Source: Promethearchaeota archaeon
GTDB lineage: Archaea > Asgardarchaeota > Lokiarchaeia > Sigyniarchaeales > Promethearchaeaceae
Reading direction: 5' to 3'
Assembly: GCA_016933055.1 (NCBI GenBank)
Contig: JAFGBS010000004.1
Coordinates: 215,350-239,349, forward strand
Length of the DNA stretch: 24,000 nt
Shown here: one piece after another, positions 8,583 through 18,373 of the stretch
Layout of the letters: every line of letters starts with the position of its first letter
How positions within the stretch are numbered: the stretch's first letter is position 1
Program-made: the position numbers and the translations under genes
The notes under the pieces: model-generated
Told to the model about the DNA's origin: nothing
What the model saw: the letters and a program-made list of their open reading frames with translations, nothing else
Databases searched by the model: none

Positions 8583-10469
8583 TCAGATTTTAATTTTTCG
8601 GCTTTCTAATTCCAGATAGATTCGTTTGAATCCATTTATGCATAATACAATCCCAAATAATGTAAACACTACTAAGGCTATTTCTTGCATATTTGCAGTA
8701 TGGAAAAATTTGTCTTCCAAAAACAATGTCTTATTCCATAGAAGAAATGAATATAAAAACATAACCGCAGCCATTAAGAATAAAAAGCTTCCCAAAACTA
8801 TGTTAAAACGGTAAATAACCTCCCGTTTTCCCCTTCCTAACTCAACAATTTCCGAAACCACTTGTGCATTGCTATCTAATTTTTTTGTTCGTTGTTGGAT
8901 AATAGTATCAAGAGGTTTAATATCCAAAACAATCGAGATAAGACTGAAAAAGCAAATTATAACTATTGGAATCCCGTCTAATTTTTCGATAAACTGTAGG
9001 AAGAATCCTTCTAACATAACAAAATCATTTTTTGTGAAGATGATGATGGTGACCGTTAAAATCACAGCTGCAAGTTTAGTACCGCTCAACATCAGTAATA
9101 CTCTTTCGCGTTTAGCCAGTTTTAAACCATAAATTACTACACCAAATAAAGTCATCAAAATCCCTATTGCCAGACCATTAGGCGCAATAAAGATAACCAA
9201 AATAAGGCATATCACTCCCGTTAATAGCGGCAATATTGGATAGAATTTTGCCTTAAATTGACGTTTCAAATTTGGGCGCTTTCTTCTTAGAATTATAACA
9301 CTAAAGGATAACAAACACATGGATAGGATAATAGAAAAGTTGGAGAAATCTATTAGAATGTTTATATTACTGGAATTGAAGAATAAGGTTGAGATTAAAA
9401 TAAATAAACAACTGGTTAAAATCGTAATTCTGGGAATATTAGATGGATGGTGGATTTTCATCTCAGCGAATCTGCTAGGTAAATATCCATCCCGAGCCAT
9501 TGCATAAGAGATTCGGTAGGATAATTGTATTGCTGCTTGTGCTGATGTCATGGTGGAGATCATACCTGCAAATCCAATTAGATATAATCCAATTGGTCCG
9601 ATTACTGTATTCAAAGTCTCAGCTAAGGGATTATTGGATTGTGTAATTTTTTCCCAAACACTTCCTCCAGTTTCTCCCATATTGATTATAGTAGTTAAAC
9701 TAACGAGAAAATAGATACAGAGCCCTATCAAGATAGAAATAAGAAAAGCTCGTGGGATTTTTTTACCAGGTTGCCTAATTTGGTCAATACTTGCAGTTAT
9801 TGATTCGAAGGCCGAATTCCATTCATATAAACAAAATATTCCGAACAAAATGGGACTTACTCGTATCACATCCGTAAAACTTACATCTTCAAGGATATCT
9901 GGAGGATTAAAATTCTGGGTATTCAAAAATGGCCCTAAACTTAATCCCAATATAATATAAATTACGAATCCAAAGAGTAAAATCCAAGTGAACACTTTCA
10001 TGATTTTTTGCAGCTTTTTATAGGCAATTAAATTCAACACACTTAAGATCAATATCACGCCAAATCCAACGAAAGATAAATAGTTAGTAGCCAGATTCTG
10101 CTGGTTGGGAAAGAAAATAGATAAAGATAATCCGAACCCCAATCCTGATAAGGCAGAAAATGCCATATTACCTAAGAGTAAAAGCCAACCGATTAGGTAT
10201 CCCCAAAAGCCTCCTATGGCTTCCCGTGAGAAGGAGTATCCCCCCCCTAAAATCGGAAGAGAGAGTGAAAGCTCTACGTAATTTTGAACTAACATCACGA
10301 CCAGAATTCCAAGTAATAGAATTGAAAAGAGTACCCCAGCACCTGCTTGCCGAATTGACTGCCCAATAATTACATATATGGTCCCTCCGATCGTCCCGCC
10401 CAGACCTGTGAATATTAGAGAACGCAATTTAACATCTTTTTTTTTCGCAACCTTTTCTTGGTCAATCAT
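8583..10469 (-). CDS. APC-superfamily amino acid permease-like transporter
   Basis: 628 aa, many hydrophobic helices. N-terminal GLGGTIGGTIYVIIGQSI and GGGYSFSREAIGGFWGYLIGW match the amino acid permease pattern. Confidence 0.88.
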   Translation of the reverse strand: MIDQEKVAKKKDVKLRSLIFTGLGGTIGGTIYVIIGQSIRQAGAGVLFSILLLGILVVMLVQNYVELSLSLPILGGGYSFSREAIGGFWGYLIGWLLLLGNMAFSALSGLGFGLSLSIFFPNQQNLATNYLSFVGFGVILILSVLNLIAYKKLQKIMKVFTWILLFGFVIYIILGLSLGPFLNTQNFNPPDILEDVSFTDVIRVSPILFGIFCLYEWNSAFESITASIDQIRQPGKKIPRAFLISILIGLCIYFLVSLTTIINMGETGGSVWEKITQSNNPLAETLNTVIGPIGLYLIGFAGMISTMTSAQAAIQLSYRISYAMARDGYLPSRFAEMKIHHPSNIPRITILTSCLFILISTLFFNSSNINILIDFSNFSIILSMCLLSFSVIILRRKRPNLKRQFKAKFYPILPLLTGVICLILVIFIAPNGLAIGILMTLFGVVIYGLKLAKRERVLLMLSGTKLAAVILTVTIIIFTKNDFVMLEGFFLQFIEKLDGIPIVIICFFSLISIVLDIKPLDTIIQQRTKKLDSNAQVVSEIVELGRGKREVIYRFNIVLGSFLFLMAAVMFLYSFLLWNKTLFLEDKFFHTANMQEIALVVFTLFGIVLCINGFKRIYLELESRKIKI

Positions 10470-10531
10470 GTGGGTTAGTCTCTCCTATTCGACATTCAAC
10501 TACTAGACTACGTTAGGTATATCTTTTATGA

Positions 10532-11584
10532 TCAAACTAATTCCTCTCGAAATTCTTCCCATACTGATTCAATACTCATCGGTTGGAATTCTTCTTTGGA
10601 AAACTCCCTTTTGCATAAATTATAGAGTTTTTGATTAATTGCTGGCTCAAATCCATTTTTTTTTGCCAAATTGATAAAATAACCATTAATAGATTCTAGT
10701 TCCGTATCCAATGATTTATTAATGAGTAAATCCTGAGCCATAGAATTGATCCCTGTTGTTTTTTCTAAGGTTTTCCGAAAAATAGAATTAGTAATAAACC
10801 CGGGAAGGCTGGAGGCTAATCTTAGTAAAAACCACGATGGTAAGGATCCTAATTTCACCTCTTTATATCCTGCCTTTTTTAAAATCTGCAAACCTTCAGT
10901 CATAATTGCGGTGGTCAATTTACGGAATTTGGGTAGAGAAGGTATTAGGCGGAATCCGAGCCCAATTAAAGTAAAAAATGCATTAGTAAGATTTAACAGA
11001 ATTTTGTTGTGGGCTGCATCTACATACCGTGAGGTCACTGTACAATCAAATGATGGGGTAAAAATTGATTGGATGTAATCTAGATCCTTTTGGAGCGTAT
11101 TTTGGGGGGTTCCTAATATAATCGGACCTTTCTCTTTAAATCCAATTACATTAGCTGTTTTATCTCTCCATGCATTATAACATATTACTCCAAAGATAAC
11201 GCGAGGGAAGTATTTTGGTACAATCTTAAGATTCACTATTCCATTCTGAAGAGTAACGATAATGAGGTCTTTGGATTGGGTTTTATTTCTTATATCTTGA
11301 CATACTTCTTCTAGACTGTAATTCTTAACGGTAATGATGATGATTTCGGGTTCCTCCATTAGATCTTCCATGCGTTCGATAAGTGATACTGAGGGTATTT
11401 GGTCCTTTCGATCCGAGGTATTTTCATACACCGTTAATCCTTTTAAACGAATAATTTCTGCAGTCTCGCCTCTTGCGAGAAGATATAAGTTTTTCACATT
11501 TGGATAAAGCCATTTATAAAGAGTGCAACCAATTGCTCCTGCTCCATATATCAATATTGAACTAGGTGACAAATTTGAATTCAT
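10532..11584 (-). CDS. Ketopantoate reductase family protein (PanE/ApbA-like)
   Basis: 350 aa. N-terminal Rossmann ILIYGAGAIGCTLYKWL; IIITVKNYSLEEV; LIIVTLQNGIVN; CVICYNAW; LLNLTNAFFTLIG; GINSMAQDLLINKSLDTELESINGYF. Confidence 0.85.
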   Translation of the reverse strand: MNSNLSPSSILIYGAGAIGCTLYKWLYPNVKNLYLLARGETAEIIRLKGLTVYENTSDRKDQIPSVSLIERMEDLMEEPEIIIITVKNYSLEEVCQDIRNKTQSKDLIIVTLQNGIVNLKIVPKYFPRVIFGVICYNAWRDKTANVIGFKEKGPIILGTPQNTLQKDLDYIQSIFTPSFDCTVTSRYVDAAHNKILLNLTNAFFTLIGLGFRLIPSLPKFRKLTTAIMTEGLQILKKAGYKEVKLGSLPSWFLLRLASSLPGFITNSIFRKTLEKTTGINSMAQDLLINKSLDTELESINGYFINLAKKNGFEPAINQKLYNLCKREFSKEEFQPMSIESVWEEFREELV

Positions 11585-11636
11585 AAATACTGGTAGGATC
11601 TAATAGTTTATAATATCAAGGTTCCTTTCCATCCTA

Positions 11637-12386
11637 ATGGGTGACTATGAAACACGAATCAAACAAGCTGCACAATTAATACACAATTCTCAGTATATGG
11701 TAATATTTACTGGTGCAGGCGTATCAACCGAATCTGGAATTCCGGACTTTCGAGGACCCAATGGCTTATGGACTCGAAGGGATAAAGGGCTCTCTCCTCC
11801 CAAATCACCCAAATGGTCAAGTGTCGAACCAAACTCTGCACATGACGCTATAGTTGAACTTCAAAATATGGGATTGATGAAATTCCTCATTTCACAAAAT
11901 GTGGATAATTTACATCTGAAATCAGGGATAAAAGAGGAATTGATTGCAGAATTTCATGGGAATATGGAACTAATGCGTTGTCTAGACTGTGATAGAAAAT
12001 ATCAAAAAAAAAGGATTTGGGATGAGGAGAAATGGGGGAAAGGCTACCGAGCCAGTCCAGTAAAAGAGGGTCAAATCCCTTGTCCAGAATGTGGAGGGCG
12101 CATAATTTCTTCCATCGTAAATTTTGGAGATCCCATTCCAGACAAAGAATTAAGTGATTCCTTCAAACATTCGAAAATGGCAGATGTTTTTCTAGTAGTA
12201 GGATCATCATTATCTGTCACACCCGCTGCATATTGTCCTCAATATGCATTAGCGAATCAGGCAGATTTAATCATTATTAACAATCAACCAACACCTTTTG
12301 ATAATGCTGCAATAATTTTATTTCACGAGAATGCTGGGGAGACACTCACAGGAATCTTAAAAGAAATCCATCGATTAACAGATTAA
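11637..12386 (+). CDS. Sir2-family NAD-dependent protein deacylase (SIRT6/7-like)
   Basis: 249 aa. GAGVSTESGIPDFRGPNGLWT, SQNVDNLHLKSG, FHGNM, four zinc cysteines (CLDC...CPEC), SIVNFGDPIPD, VVGSSLSVTPAA. Confidence 0.93.
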   Translation: MGDYETRIKQAAQLIHNSQYMVIFTGAGVSTESGIPDFRGPNGLWTRRDKGLSPPKSPKWSSVEPNSAHDAIVELQNMGLMKFLISQNVDNLHLKSGIKEELIAEFHGNMELMRCLDCDRKYQKKRIWDEEKWGKGYRASPVKEGQIPCPECGGRIISSIVNFGDPIPDKELSDSFKHSKMADVFLVVGSSLSVTPAAYCPQYALANQADLIIINNQPTPFDNAAIILFHENAGETLTGILKEIHRLTD

Positions 12387-12497
12387 CAATTCTCCAGTTA
12401 TCTATTAGATACTTAATAACTACGCAATTAACAATTGGGTTTTTATAGAGTACTAACATTCCTTGTGGTACCGACTAAAATCAATTATACAAAAAAA

Positions 12498-12560
12498 GTC
12501 TCATGAAACCGTAATACATGGAAATAAATGCTAAATTAGGCTAATTGGTTTCAATGAGAT
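12498..12560. repeat. Near-perfect inverted repeat flanking an AT-rich spacer, candidate origin/initiator-binding element
   Basis: TCTCATGAAACC (12499-12510) versus GGTTTCAATGAGA (12547-12559), reverse complement TCTCATTGAAACC. The arms differ by a single inserted T. The spacer is 36 nt and AT-rich. Confidence 0.5.
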
Positions 12561-12604
12561 GAGTCTATATGTCGAGGGTGTGAAATATAACGGGAAATAA
12601 GCAG

Positions 12605-13900
12605 ATGGAATTTAATTTGGATAAATTTTTTGATGACTACTTGGAAAAGCCTCAGATCTTTAGAAATAGAAATTGTTTAAGTGCTAATTTTATACCAGAC
12701 GAATTACCCCATCGAACAGATCAAATACGCATAATTGCACAGATTATGGCTTGCACGCTGAAAAACTCTATTCCATCCAATCTTTTCATTTATGGTAAGA
12801 CAGGTACAGGGAAAACGGCCGTTGTAAAACACGTTAGTCAAAAATTAAATGAAAAATGCATAGAAATTGGGATACCTAATCCTAACTGGCTATATATTAA
12901 TTGTAATCAAGTTACTTCAGGATATCGTGTTCTAGCGACAATTTGTAATTATTTGGATCCTGAGAACCCCCTACCTCCAACGGGAACTCCTCGTGATATT
13001 ATGATCGAACGATTAATTACGCTACTAGAATCCAAAAATTGCCTCTGTTTTATAATTCTGGATGAAATTGATTCCCTAAAAGATAAGGAATCTAAAGATT
13101 CTGTATTGTACATATTAACCCGGATTAATGAGAATCTCATAAATTCAAAGGTAAATATCATCGGAATATCCAATATTTTGAATTTTAAGGATGATTTGGA
13201 TCCTCGAGTCTTATCCAGTTTATGTGAGGAAGAAATGGTATTTCCCGCATATAACGCGATCGAGCTTTATGATATTCTTCGTTCCCGAGCAGCACTTGCC
13301 TTTCAACCCAACATGTGTGAGGAGGGCTCCTTACGTTTATGTGCAGCAATTGCAGCCAAAGAGAATGGTGATGCACGAAGAGCCTTATCATTATTACGAA
13401 AATGTGCTGAAATCGTTGAAAGAATGGGAAAGACGATGTTATCCAGAACCGACGTGTTAACTGCCCAATACGAATTAGAAAAAGACACTACGGAAGAATT
13501 CATCAAAAATCTACCCGTTCAGCAAAAAATCATTCTACTTTCTATTTATTTAAATCAAAAACATAAAAAAACCCCTGAATCTAATAGTGGAGAAATTTAT
13601 ACAACCTACAAAGAATTAAGTAAAAAAGTATACAGCTTGAATGCTTTAACAGCCAAAAGGGTAGCAGATTTAGTAAAAGAGCTGGATCTTTCTGGAGTAA
13701 TCTCTTCTCGTCTTGTATCCTTTGGCAGAAAAGGGGGAAGAACACGAATGGTGTCCCTAAAAGTAAGAGATTCCCAGTTGAAGAGTAGTTTAGGAGACGA
13801 TGATCGCTGCAAAGCCGTGTTAGAATATGTTCCTTCTCACATACGACGAACAGATATTAATGTGGATCTAGAAGGACATCGATACAAAGCACTATTATAA
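12605..13900 (+). CDS. cdc6: Orc1/Cdc6 family replication initiator (AAA+ ATPase with C-terminal winged helix)
   Basis: 431 aa. Walker A YGKTGTGKTAV, Walker B FIILDEIDSL, sensor I IIGISNI, sensor II NGDARRALSLLRKCAEIVE, C-terminal wHTH (GLVSFGRKGGRTR-like: SRLVSFGRKGGRTRMVSL). Confidence 0.96.
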   Translation: MEFNLDKFFDDYLEKPQIFRNRNCLSANFIPDELPHRTDQIRIIAQIMACTLKNSIPSNLFIYGKTGTGKTAVVKHVSQKLNEKCIEIGIPNPNWLYINCNQVTSGYRVLATICNYLDPENPLPPTGTPRDIMIERLITLLESKNCLCFIILDEIDSLKDKESKDSVLYILTRINENLINSKVNIIGISNILNFKDDLDPRVLSSLCEEEMVFPAYNAIELYDILRSRAALAFQPNMCEEGSLRLCAAIAAKENGDARRALSLLRKCAEIVERMGKTMLSRTDVLTAQYELEKDTTEEFIKNLPVQQKIILLSIYLNQKHKKTPESNSGEIYTTYKELSKKVYSLNALTAKRVADLVKELDLSGVISSRLVSFGRKGGRTRMVSLKVRDSQLKSSLGDDDRCKAVLEYVPSHIRRTDINVDLEGHRYKALL

Positions 13901-13910
13901 CGATGATAGA

Positions 13911-13981
13911 GCTTCTGGAGGGACTTGAACCCTCGACCTATTGATTACGAATCAATCGCTATACCGCTAAGCCACAGAAGC
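13911..13981 (-). tRNA. tRNA-Thr(CGT)
   Basis: Minus strand GCTTCTG/CAGAAGC acceptor; anticodon arm ATTGA-TTCGTAA-TCAAT with anticodon CGT; T-arm GAGGG-TTCAAGT-CCCTC. Confidence 0.95.
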
Positions 13982-14083
13982 TTAAGGTTAGATCTAGTGA
14001 AGTAAACTCTTTTTTATCATTTTCCACATCATAAAAAATTTGTCGTTCCTTTTTTCTGCAAGTACTCCCTCTTATATATCAGG

Positions 14084-15112
14084 ATGAAGAAAGTCAGCGA
14101 CATTGGAGAACGAGGATTGATCAAGATCATCTCTAAAATTTTGGGAGGATTGGGCAATGAGGAATTGTCTGGTGAGGATGATGCAGTAGCCATAAGATTA
14201 ACCGATCCGTCCCTTTTAGTTATAAATAATGATATGTTGGTGTCTACTACCGATATACCGACTCAAATGACATTGATTCAAGCAGGGCGTAAAGCAGTTA
14301 TAATGACCGTTTCGGATGTACTTGTGAAAGGAGCAATTCCTAAATGGGCAGTCGTTTCTTTGGGAATACCTGAGAATCTTCCCTTAGAAGATGACGGTGG
14401 GTTTAAAGGCATAATTTCGGGACTAAAACAAGGATTTGAAGAACATGATGTACAATATTTAGGTGGGGACCTAAATGAGACTAAGGAAATAATTATTTCC
14501 TGTACAATTTTTGGTGAAGCTCCTTATGGTGTGATTCCACGCTCTGGAGCGAAACCCAATGATCTTATCATAACAACTGGAAAACTAGGGGCAACCGGAT
14601 GCGGATTTTCGATTCTTATGAAAAATATCGATCCCCCGAAAATTTCCCCTGAACATAAAAAACAATTCATCCATTCTGTATTAAATCCATCCACTCCTGT
14701 CCAATATGCAATTGATTTGAAGCGAAATAACTGGGTCAATGCATCATGCGACTCTTCTGATGGAATTTTAGCTACTATCAAAGAAATATGTTCTGCAAGC
14801 AACACGGGAGCAAAATTACAATGGAATCAATTTCCCTTAGAGAATGGATTTAATGAATATATTCGCGCAACAGAACTTGATCCATTAGACCTTGTATTCA
14901 ATGCAGGAGAAGAGTTTTTACATTTGTATGTTATTCCCGCAAATAAATTTAAAGAAATAAAAGCACATTTTTTAAAAAAAAGAATGGATTTCCATGAATT
15001 GGGGTATATTACCTCAAATCCAATGGAAATAATACTGGAAAAAAATGGAACAAGAGTTAATTTATCAAAACTTACGGGATATGAACATCTAAAGAAAAAA
15101 CAAAAAGAATAA
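14084..15112 (+). CDS. thiL: Thiamine-monophosphate kinase (ThiL-like, AIR synthase-related fold)
   Basis: 342 aa. MKKVSDIGERGLI, GEDDAVAI, LLVINNDMLVSTTDIPTQMT, SDVLVKGAIPKWAVVSLGIP, GGDLNET, DSSDGILATI, NAGEEFLHLYV. Confidence 0.82.
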   Translation: MKKVSDIGERGLIKIISKILGGLGNEELSGEDDAVAIRLTDPSLLVINNDMLVSTTDIPTQMTLIQAGRKAVIMTVSDVLVKGAIPKWAVVSLGIPENLPLEDDGGFKGIISGLKQGFEEHDVQYLGGDLNETKEIIISCTIFGEAPYGVIPRSGAKPNDLIITTGKLGATGCGFSILMKNIDPPKISPEHKKQFIHSVLNPSTPVQYAIDLKRNNWVNASCDSSDGILATIKEICSASNTGAKLQWNQFPLENGFNEYIRATELDPLDLVFNAGEEFLHLYVIPANKFKEIKAHFLKKRMDFHELGYITSNPMEIILEKNGTRVNLSKLTGYEHLKKKQKE

Positions 15113-15123
15113 AATACTAAAAA

Positions 15124-16500
15124 TTATTCTCCAACTAGTTTTCCGTCTTTTATTAACTCTCCTTTTCCAAGATATTCCCGAGCCATTTTCTCTCCTTTTT
15201 CGAAATCCACAAACAATAGTAAGATAAACCCTAAACCAAAGAGTATTAATAAGGAAAGTAATCCAAGTCTATGGTTTCCGGTGGCTCCCGTGATTGTTGC
15301 CATTAAAAAGGGACCAACCACAGCTGCAAATTTTCCTAACATATTGAAAAATCCATAAAACTGGGCAGATTTTCCTTCAGGAATTAATCTTGAATATGCA
15401 CTTCTTGATAGTGCTTGGATTCCACCTTGAAATAATGCTATTGCTCCACCTATGATAAAGAATTGCCATTTTGCGGTAATAAAGTATCCAAATACAGTAA
15501 TTCCCATATAACCGCCTATTGCAATGAGAATTCCTTTTTTTGTTCCAATTTTTTTCGCAAATAGATTAAATAATAATGTAGCAGGAAATGCGATATATTG
15601 AACCATAAGTAAAATAATGGCTAGATCCGTTGCAGCAAGGTCTTCAATTTGTCCTTGTTCTGCCAGAGCCGTCCCATAGTCAAGTGCCATCCGTATAATC
15701 GTATCGACACCGTCTATGTATAACCAAAAAGCCAGTAAAAAGATTCCTACATATTTAAGATGCTTAATATCCTTTAGAGTCTCCCATAATTGCCGGAATC
15801 CTCCCTTAATCGCTTGAGTATACTTTAACTTCTCTGCAACTGGTGGTTCTTTCACTCTTATAAACAATGGAATTGAGAATATTATCCACCATACCATTAC
15901 AGATACGAATGCCCACTGAATTGCTCTAATTTCATTTTGGATTCCAAATAATCCAGGAGCAATGTACATAACAGCATTTAATGTAAAGAGCAATCCCCCT
16001 CCAATGTAACCAATGGCATACCCCAAGGAAGAAACATAATCAATTTTCTTTTCTGATGCAACACCCACCAGTATAGCGTCATAAAAAATGTTAGCCCCCG
16101 AAAATCCCAGTATTCCAAATCCGTACAAGATCATTGCGAGTTTATACTGACCTTCCAATAGTAAAGATAAAGCACCTGTCACTAATGACCCCAAAAGAGC
16201 AAAGAATCCCAGAAACCGTTTTTTATTCCCCATTTTATCCGCTATAGCGCCTAAAATAGGTGCAAGTATTGCAACGACTAATGATGCAATAGCATTTGTA
16301 TTTCCTAACCACTGAGTTTGCTGTACTTCAGTTAAGATTCCCTTACCCCAGTATTCCCCTAAGAATATCGGAATAAAAGCTGCCATAATGGTAGTTGCAA
16401 AGGCACTATTCGCCCAGTCGTATAAAGCCCAAGCCCAAATGGATTTTTTACTATCTAATTGGACAACTTCTCGTGGCGTATCATTCTTATGATTTTCCAT
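15124..16500 (-). CDS. MFS transporter, UMF1/Atg22-like family
   Basis: 458 aa polytopic protein. WALYDWANSAFATTIMAAFIPIF N-terminal signature; APILGAIADKMGNKKRFLGFF; GGIQALSRSAYSRLIPEGKSAQFYGFFNMLGKFAAVVGP. Confidence 0.9.
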   Translation of the reverse strand: MENHKNDTPREVVQLDSKKSIWAWALYDWANSAFATTIMAAFIPIFLGEYWGKGILTEVQQTQWLGNTNAIASLVVAILAPILGAIADKMGNKKRFLGFFALLGSLVTGALSLLLEGQYKLAMILYGFGILGFSGANIFYDAILVGVASEKKIDYVSSLGYAIGYIGGGLLFTLNAVMYIAPGLFGIQNEIRAIQWAFVSVMVWWIIFSIPLFIRVKEPPVAEKLKYTQAIKGGFRQLWETLKDIKHLKYVGIFLLAFWLYIDGVDTIIRMALDYGTALAEQGQIEDLAATDLAIILLMVQYIAFPATLLFNLFAKKIGTKKGILIAIGGYMGITVFGYFITAKWQFFIIGGAIALFQGGIQALSRSAYSRLIPEGKSAQFYGFFNMLGKFAAVVGPFLMATITGATGNHRLGLLSLLILFGLGFILLLFVDFEKGEKMAREYLGKGELIKDGKLVGE

Positions 16501-16603
16501 ACTTATCAGCTAAAATTGAATTTTTAAGCATATTTCCACCCGGTCATTTATATTCCTATCGTCTAAACTTCCTCTTGAGTTATTATGAAAATATAAAAAG
16601 AGC

Positions 16604-16687
16604 GCACACGAAGGGATTCGAACCCATGAGAGCATAATGCTCACCGGATCTCAAGTCCGGCTCCGTTGGCCGCTTGGATACGTGTGC
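16604..16687 (-). tRNA. tRNA-Ser(TGA)
   Basis: Minus strand GCACACG/CGTGTGC acceptor; anticodon arm CCGGA-CTTGAGA-TCCGG with anticodon TGA; long variable arm TGAGCATTATGCTCTC; G discriminator. The T-stem has one apparent T-T mismatch. Confidence 0.92.
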
Positions 16688-16810
16688 TTGTTTGAAATAT
16701 AAAAATTTAACCCTTATTCCACAATCGAATCAAAGATACGAGAATCCTCCTAGTCCACAAAAACCACCAATTTAGTGTTTTGAAGTGGAAATTGGTATTA
16801 AATCTTTCAC

Positions 16811-17983
16811 TTAAGCATGTTTTAGAATGAATGATAACAACCACCAAAATCTACATATTCGATCAACAGACATAAGTTTTACAAATACAAATCTTCGAAA
16901 AGCATTATACCGTTTTGCTACTTTGATGATATGCTTATAGAGCTCAGTTTTTTTGAATTTATTCTTTATCTCTGAATGTGGTTCATCTGAAAATATTGAA
17001 TTTGTCCAATATTGAGCCATTTTTATAGAAGAAATCAATCCACTTCCTCCTGAAGTTTCCACAAATCCCGCAGCATCCCCTAAAATAACCAATCCTGGTC
17101 GTGGAGAAAACTCAGAAATCGGACCCGTCATCGGAATCGCTGTGATTTCTTCGTGAAGAATAGATGCACGTTTGATCATTTCTGAAAATACAGGATATTC
17201 GCTCTTGATTTTGACCCATATTCCCATGATTTCTTTAACCGGGGGGATTGGAACTCCTAGTTCATATGCATTATCAGTTTGAATAATAATTCCAGTTTCC
17301 AGATTCTTCTCATTTCTTGGAAATAAGAATATGATAAAGGGAGGAAATTTTGGAGCAAAATCCAAAGCCCCCGTAGGAACGAGAAAATATTTGAATGCTT
17401 TACTAGAATAATTACCGTTTTTCATAAGGCACTTGATTATAGGAAAATTCACTATTGGTTTCTTTTTACAGTATTTTCTAGAGATTACGCTTGAATGTCC
17501 ATCACATGCGAAGACTGTATTCCCAAAGACTTCCTGAATGGAACCCTCCGAATGCTTGAACTTTACCCCAACCACAGTGTGTTCGTTAAAAATTGTATCA
17601 CATACTTCTGCATTCAAAATGAATGGAATCTTCAGTTCTTGAATTTTCTCAGTAAACAATCCGATCCATTGTATCCAATCAAATACGATGCTGGGTGTTC
17701 TCCTAATAACTTCTATCATGGTCTCTTTAGACGGCAAAGGGGGAAAGAATTCTCGATTTTTTGTTTTAGATAATGTAATTTTATCCATTACACCTTCTCC
17801 GAGAATCTCGTCTAAAATTGGATCTAAATGAAGTGTTTCACCTCGGAGTTCAGCACCAAGTATGGGACCTTTTTCTAATATGATCACGGATTTCCCAAGA
17901 TTTTTTATAAAGATAGCAGCGGATAATCCCGTAGGACCACCACCAACTATTATTGCATCATATTTGCTAGAAAGGTCCATCAC
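16811..17983 (-). CDS. FAD-dependent oxidoreductase, geranylgeranyl reductase-like family
   Basis: 390 aa. YDAIIVGGGPTGLSAAIFIKNLGKSVIILEK dinucleotide-binding motif, VFACDGHSSVISRK, PRPGLVILGDAAGFVETSGGSGLISSIKM. Confidence 0.85.
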   Translation of the reverse strand: MMDLSSKYDAIIVGGGPTGLSAAIFIKNLGKSVIILEKGPILGAELRGETLHLDPILDEILGEGVMDKITLSKTKNREFFPPLPSKETMIEVIRRTPSIVFDWIQWIGLFTEKIQELKIPFILNAEVCDTIFNEHTVVGVKFKHSEGSIQEVFGNTVFACDGHSSVISRKYCKKKPIVNFPIIKCLMKNGNYSSKAFKYFLVPTGALDFAPKFPPFIIFLFPRNEKNLETGIIIQTDNAYELGVPIPPVKEIMGIWVKIKSEYPVFSEMIKRASILHEEITAIPMTGPISEFSPRPGLVILGDAAGFVETSGGSGLISSIKMAQYWTNSIFSDEPHSEIKNKFKKTELYKHIIKVAKRYNAFRRFVFVKLMSVDRICRFWWLLSFILKHA

Positions 17984-18033
17984 GTGAAATTATAATACCT
18001 AAATTAAATATTTATCTTTATCTCGAATATACA

Positions 18034-18369
18034 ATGTCTATGGACGATTTTATCCCAATGATATTTTTTGTCACAACTCCGGACAATAAAACTGCTGTAG
18101 AACTAGCAAATGGAATCGTACAACGAAAAATTGCAGCTTGTACCAATATAATTCACAAGATAACAAGTATCTACTGGTGGGAAGGGAAAATCAATACTGA
18201 TTCAGAAAATTTGATGATTATTAAAACATCAAAAAAGAAATCAGATGATTTGATCGCATTCATAAAAAACAATCATCCCTATAAAGTTCCCGAATGCATA
18301 GGAATAAAAATCACCAAAGGTTTGCAACCATATCTTCAATGGATTATGGATTTGACTACGGAGAGATAA
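18034..18369 (+). CDS. cutA: CutA-family (CutA1) divalent cation tolerance protein
   Basis: 111 aa. ANGIVQRKIAACTNII, ITSIYWWEGKI, MIIKTSKKKSDDLIAFIKNNHPYKVPECIGIKI, QPYLQWI. Confidence 0.93.
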   Translation: MSMDDFIPMIFFVTTPDNKTAVELANGIVQRKIAACTNIIHKITSIYWWEGKINTDSENLMIIKTSKKKSDDLIAFIKNNHPYKVPECIGIKITKGLQPYLQWIMDLTTER

Positions 18370-18373
18370 AATA

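Noticed and set aside
8626-10369. Several small plus-strand ORFs opposite the amino acid permease
   Set aside because: All lie antisense to a long membrane protein gene and lack domain signatures.
13185-13460. Overlapping ORFs on both strands inside orc1/cdc6 (13185..13391 -, 13191..13460 +, 12949..13173 -, 13303..13506 -)
   Set aside because: They lie within a clearly conserved AAA+ gene. The translations look like alternative-frame noise.
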